Below, one piece after another: positions 38,432 to 46,620 of a stretch of 64,000 nucleotides of DNA (position 1 is its first letter; every line of letters begins with the position of its first letter). This DNA comes from an uncultured Solirubrobacterales bacterium (GTDB taxonomy: Bacteria; Actinomycetota; Thermoleophilia; Solirubrobacterales; 70-9), in NCBI GenBank assembly GCA_963699215.1, contig OY969422.1:723536-787535 (forward strand), given 5' to 3'. Below the pieces are notes generated by a model, which saw only the letters and a list, made by a program, of their open reading frames with translations, ran no database searches and was not told the DNA's origin. A program made the translations under genes and the position numbers.

Positions 38432-39253
38432 GTGTCTCCCGAATCCGGCAGAGGGGAGCGCGGGGCGGGGCTTAAGCCGCTGGCGCCACTGCGGGCAGCG
38501 CCCGCGCGCGCGGCGGTCCTCACCGACGTCGACGGGACCCTGGCCCCGATCGTCGCCCGGCCGGAGCTGGCGGCGGTGCCGCGCCGGGCCAGCGAGCTGC
38601 TGGCGGGGTTGAGCGAGCGCTACGGCCTGGTCGGCTGCATCTCCGGTCGCCGGGCAGAGGAGGCGCGGCGGCTGGTCGGCGTCGCCGGGATCGCCTACGC
38701 GGGGAACCACGGCCTCGAACTGCTGCTGTCGGGAGACGAGGCCCCTCGCCTCGATCCCTCGCTGCAAGGGCGCGAGCGCGACGCGGCGAGCTTCGTCTCC
38801 GAGCTGGGAGCCGGGGCGCTGGCCGGGGCCGGGCTGCGGCTGGAGGACAAGGGCCCGATCCAGGCGCTGCACTGGCGCGGCGCCGAGGACGATGCGCGGG
38901 CCGAGTCGCGCGCCCACGAGATCGCCGCCGCGGCGGGCCGCGCGGGGCTCGAGCTGCGCTGGGGGCGCAAGGTGCTGGAGCTGCGCCCGGCGGGCGGCGG
39001 CGGCAAGGATGCCGCGGTCGCGGCGCTGCTCGCTGCCGACGGGCTGGCGGCGGCGGTCTACGCCGGCGACGACCGCACCGACCTCGACGCCTTCCGCCGG
39101 CTGCGGCAATTGCGCGAGAGCGGCGAGCTGGAGACCGCCGTCTGCGTCGGGGTCCTCTCCGCGGAGGGCCCGGCGGAGCTGGCGGAGGAGGCCGACCTCA
39201 CGGTCGACGGCCCGGGCGGGTGGCTGGCCCTGCTGGAGACCTTGGCAGAGTAG
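38432..39253 (+). CDS. otsB: Trehalose-6-phosphate phosphatase (HAD-IIB)
   Basis: GTG at 38432. Motifs LTDVDGTLAPIV, ISGRRAEE and YAGDDRTDLDAF. Confidence 0.8.
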   Translation: MSPESGRGERGAGLKPLAPLRAAPARAAVLTDVDGTLAPIVARPELAAVPRRASELLAGLSERYGLVGCISGRRAEEARRLVGVAGIAYAGNHGLELLLSGDEAPRLDPSLQGRERDAASFVSELGAGALAGAGLRLEDKGPIQALHWRGAEDDARAESRAHEIAAAAGRAGLELRWGRKVLELRPAGGGGKDAAVAALLAADGLAAAVYAGDDRTDLDAFRRLRQLRESGELETAVCVGVLSAEGPAELAEEADLTVDGPGGWLALLETLAE

Positions 39254-39258
39254 GCACG

Positions 39259-39774
39259 ATGCCCTACACCGATCTGCTGCGGATCACGGTCTTCCTGACC
39301 GGCGCCGAGGCGACCGCACTGGGGGCGATCACGGCGCTCGCCGCCGGGCGCGACGCCGACGCCACGACGGTCTTCGTCGCCGCCGCCTGGTGGTCGGTGG
39401 CGTTCGTCCTCGGCCTCTACCTCGGCCGGCCGGCGCGCGCCGCCGACGGCGTCCGCGACGCGCTCGCCCGCGCGCGCACCGCCACCGCGCTCCCCGAGGA
39501 GTCGCCGGGTCGGATCGCCGCGGCGCGCCTCTGGCCCATCGGCCTTACCGCCCTCGCCGCCGGCGTCCTCGGCGTCCTCTTCCCCGGCGTCGCCGCGGTC
39601 GGCGCCGGCTACGCCCTCCTCGTCGCCCTCGCGATGCGCACCCGCGAGGCCGCCGTGCTCGGCATCGAGCACCGCGACGGCGTCAAGTTCTACGTCGTCC
39701 CCGGCTCCGCCCTGCGCCCGATCGAGCTCGTCCGCACGCCGGGACTGCGCAGCGAACGCCTGCGCTCGTACTGA
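39259..39774 (+). CDS. Hypothetical membrane protein
   Basis: Start MPYTDLLRITVFLTGAEATALGAITALAAG; four hydrophobic segments. Confidence 0.55.
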   Translation: MPYTDLLRITVFLTGAEATALGAITALAAGRDADATTVFVAAAWWSVAFVLGLYLGRPARAADGVRDALARARTATALPEESPGRIAAARLWPIGLTALAAGVLGVLFPGVAAVGAGYALLVALAMRTREAAVLGIEHRDGVKFYVVPGSALRPIELVRTPGLRSERLRSY

Positions 39775-39790
39775 GCAGAGAAAACGGGAA

Positions 39791-39810
39791 CGGCCCGCCA
39801 GAGCGGGCCG
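39791..39810 (+). terminator. Hairpin CGGCCCGC-caga-GCGGGCCG
   Basis: Lies 17 nt after the stop at 39774. No T-tract. Confidence 0.4.
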
Positions 39811-39903
39811 TCGCCAAATCTGGGGAGCCGGTGAATCCGTGTGGCCCCAATATCGCACGCCGATGATAGCGAACCGGTCCTCGATCTCGCAGACAGAGCG
39901 TTA

Positions 39904-39972
39904 CGCCCCCGGAGGGAGTCGAACCCTCGCTCCCCAATTGCGATATTGGGATCCGGATCCGCCGGCGGGGGC
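39904..39972 (-). other. tRNA-like element (perfect acceptor stem and T-arm, aberrant D and anticodon regions); not a canonical tRNA
   Basis: The minus-strand sequence is GCCCCCG CCGGCGGATCCGGAT CCCAATATCGCAATTGGG GAGC GAGGGTTCGACTCCCTC CGGGGGC G. It has a 7-bp acceptor stem and a GTTCGAnTC T-loop, but an 8-nt anticodon-like loop and no D-loop GG. No CCA is encoded. Confidence 0.3.
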
Positions 39973-40040
39973 TACCGCCGCTTTCGCGACATCCGCAGAC
40001 TACAGATTTCGCAGAGCACTGTCTGACAGACAGTAGATTC

Positions 40041-41771
40041 CTAACGAATCAGCTTCTTGAACTCCGCCCAGCCGCGCGTGTTGGCGACGTCCCCGGCGGT
40101 CAGCCAGGCGCGGCGGGCGGTCGCCACCGCGTAGGCCATGTTGCCCAGCGTGTCGACGCCGTGGGCGTCGGTGTTGAGGACGATCGTCGCGCCGGCTTCG
40201 CGGGCGAGGCGGGCGTGGTGCTCGGAGAGGTCGCGGCGGTTCGGGTTGCCGTTGATCTCCAGCATCGTGCCGGCGCGCGCTGCCGCCTCGACCACCGCCT
40301 CGACGTCGACGTCGTAGGGCTCGCGGCGGCCGATCAGGCGGCCGGTGAGGTGGCCGATGCAGTCGACGTGAGGGTTCTCGATCGCCGCCAGGACCCGCTT
40401 CGTCATCTCCTTCTCGGGGATCGAGAAGGAGGTGTGGACGCTGGCCACCACCCAGTCGAGCGCTTCGACCAGGTCGTCGGGGTAGTCGAGTGAGCCGTCG
40501 AGGCCGATGTTGATCTCGGAGCCGGCGAGCAGGCGGAAGCCGCGCACGCCCTCGTTCCACTCGCGCACCTCCTCGATCCGCTCCCAGAGCCGCTTGGCGG
40601 TGACGTGGTCGCCGAAGCCGTGGCTGGCCGAGTGGTCGGTGATCGCCATGTAGGCGTAGCCGCGCTCGCGCCCCGCCTCGGCCATCTCCTCCAGCGTGTT
40701 GCGGCCGTCGGAGAGCGTGGTGTGGGAGTGCAGGTCGCCGCGGATGTCCTCGACCGAGACCAGCTCGGGCAGCTTTCCCTCGCGCGCCGCCTTCAGCTCC
40801 CCGCGCCCCTCGCGCAGCTCCGGCTCGATGTAGGCGTAGCCGAGCCGCTCGTAGACCTCCTCCTCGCTCGTGCACAGCGTCGTCTCGCCGCTCTCGGTCT
40901 CGACGATCCCGTGCTCGGAGACGGAGAGGCCGCGAGCCACCGCCTCTTCGCGCAGCTGCACGTTGTGCGCCGCCGAGCCGGTGAAGTGCTGCAGCAGGTT
41001 GCCGAAGGCCTCGGGCGCGACGATCCGCAGGTCGACCGAGATCCCGTTGTGGGTCTGGGCTCGCACGCCGTTGGCTCCGGCGTTGCCGGCGGCGGCGATC
41101 AGCGGCTGCCCGGCCAGGTGCTCGGCGAGCGCCGCCGGCTCCTCGGCGGTGGCGATCAGGTCGATGTCCTTGCAGGTCTCGGCCCAGCGGCGCGCCGAGC
41201 CGGCGACCTCGACGCGCTTCGCGGCCGGGTGCTCGCGCAGCGCCGCCGCCAGCTCCTCGGCGATCGGCCGCACCGTCGAGAGCAGCACCCGGCCCGGGCC
41301 CTCGCCCGGCTCGCCGAGGCGCTCCAGCGCCGCCAGCACGTTCTCCTCGGCCTTCTCGCCGAGGCCCTTCAGCTCGCGGATGCGCTGCCCCTCCGCCGCC
41401 GCCTTCAGGTCCTCCATCGAGGCGACCCCGAGCTCGTCGTAGAGGCGCCGCGCGGTCTTCGCCCCCAGGCCCGGGACCCGCGTCACCTCGACCAGGGTCG
41501 GCGGGAACTTCGCCTTCAGCTTCACCGCGGCGGGAATCTCACCGGTTTCCAGCAGCGCGTCGATCTTCTCCGCCAGCGTCTTACCGACGCCGGGGATCTC
41601 GGTCGCCCGCCGCGCCGCCGCCAGCTCGGCGACCGAGACCGGGCTTTCGCGGATCGCCTTGGCAGCGGCCGAGTAGGCGAGGACGCGGTATTTGACCGCG
41701 CCGTCCAGCTCGTAGAGGACGCCCAGCTCCTCGAGGGCGGCGGCGATCTCGGCGTTGGTCACGTCCTGCAA
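40041..41771 (-). CDS. polX: DNA polymerase X family protein with a C-terminal PHP domain
   Basis: HhH motifs (IPGVGKTLAEKI; VPGLGAKTARRLY), a Pol-beta-like core, and the PHP domain DLHSHTTLSDGRNTLEEM. Confidence 0.9.
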   Translation of the reverse strand: MQDVTNAEIAAALEELGVLYELDGAVKYRVLAYSAAAKAIRESPVSVAELAAARRATEIPGVGKTLAEKIDALLETGEIPAAVKLKAKFPPTLVEVTRVPGLGAKTARRLYDELGVASMEDLKAAAEGQRIRELKGLGEKAEENVLAALERLGEPGEGPGRVLLSTVRPIAEELAAALREHPAAKRVEVAGSARRWAETCKDIDLIATAEEPAALAEHLAGQPLIAAAGNAGANGVRAQTHNGISVDLRIVAPEAFGNLLQHFTGSAAHNVQLREEAVARGLSVSEHGIVETESGETTLCTSEEEVYERLGYAYIEPELREGRGELKAAREGKLPELVSVEDIRGDLHSHTTLSDGRNTLEEMAEAGRERGYAYMAITDHSASHGFGDHVTAKRLWERIEEVREWNEGVRGFRLLAGSEINIGLDGSLDYPDDLVEALDWVVASVHTSFSIPEKEMTKRVLAAIENPHVDCIGHLTGRLIGRREPYDVDVEAVVEAAARAGTMLEINGNPNRRDLSEHHARLAREAGATIVLNTDAHGVDTLGNMAYAVATARRAWLTAGDVANTRGWAEFKKLIR

Positions 41772-41895
41772 GTTAGCCTCACGGAGATGGTCGTCGATCT
41801 GACCGCCCCCGAGGCCCCTCGGCGGCTGCCTCCAACCTCGCTATACTTTCTGAAGTATTGAGCGCTGAACCTCGACTTACGGGAGACCGATACCA

Positions 41896-42224
41896 GTGAC
41901 CGGCAAGCTCACCGACGTGACCGACGCCACCTTCAAGTCCGACGTTCTGGAGGCCGACGGCCCCGTGCTGGTCGACTTCTGGGCCCCCTGGTGCGGCCCC
42001 TGCCGCGTCGTCCACCCGGTCCTCGAGGAGATCGACGCGCGAGCGCGAGCGACCTGAAGATCCTCAGCCTCAACGTCGACGAGAACCAGCAGACGGCGGC
42101 CCAGTACGAAGTGCTCTCGATCCCGACTCTGCTCCTCTTCAAGGACGGGGCGATCGCCAAGAAAGTCGTCGGGGCGATGCCGAAGCGCCGGCTCGAGGCC
42201 GAGCTGGAGCCGGCGCTCGCCTAG
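41896..42224 (+). CDS. trxA: Thioredoxin, interrupted by one frame break as assembled
   Basis: The GTG ORF gives ...[30 protein letters not shown] then a stop at 42055. The frame of ORF 41991..42224 continues [33 protein letters not shown]. The length is 329 nt, so one missing nucleotide near 42037-42052 restores the frame. Confidence 0.8.
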
Positions 42225-42257
42225 AGCGCCGGTCCGAGGCCACCGAGAGGCGACGCA

Positions 42258-42434
42258 ATGCCGTTCGTCCACATCCACTGGTTCGAGGGCCGCAGCGACG
42301 AGCAGAAGGCCGAGATCGCGAAGCGGATCGAAGCGGCGCTGGTCGAGGTGGCCGGCGCCGCCCCCGAGCACTGCTGGGTGAAGTTCTCCGACTCGCCGAA
42401 AACCGACTTCATCATCGGCGAGCGGGCTGAGTAG
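42258..42434 (+). CDS. 4-oxalocrotonate tautomerase family protein (58 aa)
   Basis: Too short for the ORF track. MPFVHIHWFEGRSDEQKAEIAKRIEAALVEVAG, with the catalytic Pro at position 2. Confidence 0.65.
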   Translation: MPFVHIHWFEGRSDEQKAEIAKRIEAALVEVAGAAPEHCWVKFSDSPKTDFIIGERAE

Positions 42435-42533
42435 GGGCCGGGTGCCCCTCCCCGGAGGCCGTTGCGCAGCTGATCGTTGGTGCAGGGTTGGAGTGTGGTT
42501 CCCGGAGCCTCCGGGGGAGGGGCACCCGGCCCC
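42434..42533. repeat. Structured palindromic element, family B copy 1
   Basis: A 25-bp stem GGGGCCGGGTGCCCCTCCCCGGAGG / CCTCCGGGGGAGGGGCACCCGGCCCC around a 49-nt core beginning CCGTTGCGCAGCTGATCG. It fills the spacer between the convergent tautomerase and ileS genes. Confidence 0.8.
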
Positions 42534-42536
42534 GTT

Positions 42537-45500
42537 TCAGGCGCGGGTGATGATGACGTGGAGGTCGCGGCCGTCGAGCTTGACGGTGGCGCCATCCGCG
42601 GCGTCGTAGGCGACCGAGGTCGCGAGGACCTCGCCGGCTACGTAGGACTCGTGGGCGCGGGCGGCCCCGAGCAGCTCCTCGTCGCCGCCGAGGCCGAGCT
42701 CGATCCGGTCGGTGATCTCCAGGCCCGCCTCTTTGCGCGCGTTCTGGACGGCGTGGACGATCTCGCGGGCGAACCCCTCGCGGCGCAGCTCGTCGTCGAG
42801 CTCTAGCTGCAGGGCGACGGCGTGTCCGGCCTCCGCCTCGACCTCGTAGCCCTCCAGCGGCTGCAGGGAGAGAGTCAGCTCGTCGGCGGCAGAGGGTGTG
42901 CTCGTCGCCGTCGACGTTGATGCCGACCTCGCCACCATCGGCCATCACCGCGGCCACGTGGACTGGGTCGAGCGCCTCGACCGCGGCGGCGACCTGCGGC
43001 ATCCGCTTGCCGAAGCGGGGGCCGAGCGAGCGGTAGTTGGGCTTGACCGCGTAGCTGACCAGCTCTGCCTCCTCGGTGACGAAGTCGAGCTCCTTGACGT
43101 TGAGCTCGGCCTTGACCAGCTCGGCGCGGGCCGAGATCGCCGCGCGCTCGGCGTCGTTGGCGACGATCACGGCGCGGCGCAGCGGCTGGCGCACCTTGGC
43201 CTTCGCCTGGGCGCGGGCGGCGCGGCCGAGCTCGACGGTGAGCCGCACCGCCTCCATCGCCGCCTCCAGCTCGGGGTCGGCAAGCGCCGGGTCGGGCTCG
43301 GGGAAGTCGCGCAGGTGGACCGAGTCGGGCAGCTCGCCGAGGTCCTCCCCCTCGCCCCCGGCGAGGTTGAGGTGGATCTCGTCGGCGAGGAAGGGGGTGA
43401 ACGGCGCGAGCAGCGCCGCCGTCTCCAGCAGGCAGTGGCGCAGGGTCGCGAAGGCGGCCCGGTCGCCCTCCCAGAAGCGGCGGCGCGAGAGGCGCACGTA
43501 CCAGTTCGAGAGCTGCTCGACGAACTCGGCGATCGCGCGGCCGGCGGCGGTGCAGTCGAAGTCGTCCATGTGCTCGCGCACCGTCGCCACCGTCGCCTGC
43601 AGCCGCGAGAGCGCCCAGCGGTCGAGGTCGTCGCTCGGCTCCGGCGCGCCGGTGAAATCTCCCGGCGTCGAGGTTCTCGGCGTTCGCGTAGAGGACCCAG
43701 AAGGAGTACGTGTTCCAGAGCGTGAGCAGGAACTGGCGCACCGATTCGCCCACGGTGTCGACCGAGAAGCGGTAGCCCGACCAGGGCTGCTGCGCGGTCA
43801 GGTAGTACCAGCGGAAGGCGTCGGCGCCGTGGGCGGCGATCACGTCCCAGGGCTCGACCACGTTGCCCTTGCTCTTCGACATCTTCTGCCCCTCGGGGTC
43901 GAGGATCAGGCCGAGGCAGACGCAGTTGCGGTAGCTGGAGGTGTCGAAGAGCAGGGTCGACTCGGCGAGCAGCGTGTAGAACCAGCCGCGGGTCTGGTCG
44001 ATCGCCTCGCAGATGAAGTCGGCGGGGAAGCGCTCCTCGAACAGCTCCTCGTTCTCGAACGGGTAGTGGAACTGGGCGAAGGGCATCGCGCCGCTGTCGT
44101 ACCAGGTGTCGATCACCGACTCGACCCGCCGCATCTCGCCGCCGCACCGCTCGCAGTCGAGCGTGACCTCGTCGATGTAGGGGCGGTGCAGGTCGGCGGG
44201 GACCTCGCCTCTGGCGCGCTCGCGCAGCTCGGCGACCGAGCCGGCGCAGAAGCGGCCGTCGCAGGCCTCGCTCGTGCACTCCCAGATCGGCAGCGGCGTC
44301 CCCCAGTAGCGGTCGCGCGAGAGCGCCCAGTCGACGTTGTTCTCCAGCCACTTGCCGAAGCGGCCGTGCTTGATGTGCTCGGGGTGCCAGCCGATCTCCT
44401 CGTTGTTGGCGAGCAGCTGGTCGCGCGCCCGCGAGGTGGCGACGTACCAGCTCGACTTGGCGTAGTAGAGGAGCGGCGTGCCGCAGCGCCAGCAGTGCGG
44501 GTAGGCGTGCTCGTAGACCTGCTCGCGGAAGAGCAGGCCGCGCCCGGCGAGGTCGTCGATCAACGCCCGGGTCACCTCCGGGTCCTTGACGAACCTGCCC
44601 TCGAAGCCGACCACCCGCCTGTCGAAGTGCCCGTCCGGTTCGACCGGGTTGTAGAGGGTGCCGTGCGAGGTGGGGTCGAAGATCCCGTTCTCGGCCGCGA
44701 CCGAGTAGTCGTCCTCGCCGAAGGCCGGAGCGATGTGGACGAGGCCGGTCCCGTCCTCGGTGGTGACGAACTCGCCGGCAACTACGGGGAAACCTCCAGC
44801 CGGCCGATCATCGAGCGCGAAGATCGGGCCTTCGTAGCGGCGGTCGACCAGCTCGCTGCCGGGGAAGCGGTCGGTTATCTCGATGCCCTCGCCGAGCACC
44901 TTCTCGACCAGCGGCTCGGCGAGGATCAGGATCTCGTCTTCGACCTTCGCCTTGACGTAGGTGACCTCCGGCGCAACCGCGACCGCCTCGTTGCCGGGCA
45001 GGGTCCACGGCGTCGTCGTCCAGACCAGCAGCGACTCGCCCGCCGCGGAGCCATCCTCCGCCAGCAACGGGAAGCGCACGTATATGGAGGGGTCCTCGAC
45101 GTCCTGGTAGCCGAGCGCCACCTCGTGCGAGGAGAGCGCGGTGCCGCAGCGCGGGCAGTAGGGGACGACCTTGTGGCCCTCGTAGAGCCGCTCGTCGTCC
45201 CAGAGCTTGCGCAGCGACCACCAGACCGACTCGATGTACTCGTCGTCGAGGGTGACGTAGGGATCGTCGAGGTCGATCCAGAAGCCGATCCGCTCGGTCA
45301 GCCGGTTCCAGTCCTCGACGTACTCGAAGACCGACTCGCGGCAGCGGCGGTTGAACTCGGCGATCCCGTACTCCTCGATCTCCTGCTTGGAGGAGATGCC
45401 GAGCTCCTTCTCCACCTCGAGCTCGACCGGCAGCCCGTGACAGTCCCAGCCGGCCTTGCGCGGCACCCGGTAGCCGCACATCGTGCGGTAGCGGGGGTAG

Positions 45501-45706
45501 ATGTCCTTGAAGACGCGGGAGAGGACGTGGTGGGAGCCGGGACGGCCGTTGGCGGTCGGCGGCCCCTCGTAGAAGCTCCAGACCTCGGCGCCCTCGCGGT
45601 TGGCGAGCGAGCGGTGGAAGACGTCGCGCTCGCGCCAGCGTGCCAGTACCCGCTCCTCCATCTCGGGGAAGGCCTGCTTGGGGTCGACTGGCTCGAAGCC
45701 GGGCAT
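42537..45706 (-). CDS. ileS: Isoleucine--tRNA ligase, interrupted by two frame breaks as assembled
   Basis: HIGH (PTANGRPGSHHVLS) and KMSKS (GQKMSKSKGN) motifs. The protein continues across track ORFs 42875..45706, 42412..43590 and 42537..42938, with breaks near 43657-43669 and 42888-42896. The 3170-nt length minus 2 gives 1056 codons. Confidence 0.9.
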
Positions 45707-45744
45707 GAGCAGGTGATTCTAGGAGCGAGTACCCTCCCCGCCGC

Positions 45745-46620
45745 ATGTCCGTCTACGACCTGAACGGAAAGGTGGCGCTGGTGACCGGCGCCGCCCGCGG
45801 GATCGGCTACGAGACGGCGCGGCAGATGCACATGCGCGGCGCCTCGGTCGCGGTCGTCGACCTCAGCCCCGACGACGCCCGCGAGGCCGCCGAGCGGATC
45901 GGCGAGCGGGCGGTCGGGATCGGCGCCGACGTCACCGACCACGCCGCGGTCATGCAGGCGGTCGCCGAGACGGTCGAGCGCTTCGGCGGCCTCGACGTCG
46001 CCGTCGCCAACGCCGGCATCGCCCAGACGCAGGTGGCGACCGTGCGCGGGATCGGCACCGAGGAGTGGGAGCGGGTCTTCGAGGTCGACCTGCTCGGCGT
46101 CTGGCGCACGGTGCGAGCCGTCCTGCCGCAGATCGTCGAGCGCAAGGGCCACATCGTCGTCACCGGCTCCGTCTACTCCTTCGCCAACGGCGTCCTCAAC
46201 AGCCCCTACGCCGTCGCCAAGGCCGGCGTCGAGGCGCTCGGCCGCGGCCTGCGGGCGGAGCTGATGCCGCTCGGCGCCAGCGCCGGCGTCGTCTACTACG
46301 GCTGGGTCGACACGAAGCTCGTCCAGGACGGCTTCGACCGCAAGCACTCCGGCCGGCTGCAGGAAAACGCGCCCGCCTGGCTGTTCAAGCGGATCCGGCC
46401 GGACGAGGCCGGCGCGGCGATCGTGCGCGGAATCGAAGAACGGGCGCCGCGCATCTTCGCGCCGAAGTGGTGGCGCTACGTCTCTGCCCTGCGCGGCATC
46501 GTCAACCCGATCCTCGACCGCCGCTTCGACCGCGACCCACAGATGTTCGAGACGATCCGCGCCGTCGAGGCCGAAGCCGACGAGCAGGGCGCCGCCGCGG
46601 TCTCAGCCGCTACGCGTTAG
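45745..46620 (+). CDS. Short-chain dehydrogenase/reductase
   Basis: ALVTGAARGIGYE and YAVAKAGVEAL (YxxxK). Confidence 0.85.
   Translation: MSVYDLNGKVALVTGAARGIGYETARQMHMRGASVAVVDLSPDDAREAAERIGERAVGIGADVTDHAAVMQAVAETVERFGGLDVAVANAGIAQTQVATVRGIGTEEWERVFEVDLLGVWRTVRAVLPQIVERKGHIVVTGSVYSFANGVLNSPYAVAKAGVEALGRGLRAELMPLGASAGVVYYGWVDTKLVQDGFDRKHSGRLQENAPAWLFKRIRPDEAGAAIVRGIEERAPRIFAPKWWRYVSALRGIVNPILDRRFDRDPQMFETIRAVEAEADEQGAAAVSAATR

Noticed and set aside
39904-39972. Calling this a bona fide tRNA gene
   Set aside because: Only the acceptor stem and T-arm are canonical. The anticodon-like loop has 8 nt, no D-loop can be formed, and the length is 69 nt. It is kept as a tRNA-like element pending tRNAscan-SE or Infernal.
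42434-42533. Known small self-cleaving ribozyme (hammerhead or twister) in the family B core
   Set aside because: I could not find the CUGAUGA...GAAA hammerhead core or a twister-like conserved set. CTGATCG is similar only superficially. The possibility stays open until a covariance-model scan is run.
42537-45706. ileS (and trxA, ychF, odhA) as genuine pseudogenes
   Set aside because: These are essential, apparently single-copy genes. Every domain and motif is intact, and each break is repaired by one nucleotide. The same pattern recurs in at least six genes, so assembly indels are the more economical explanation. This remains unproven without reads.
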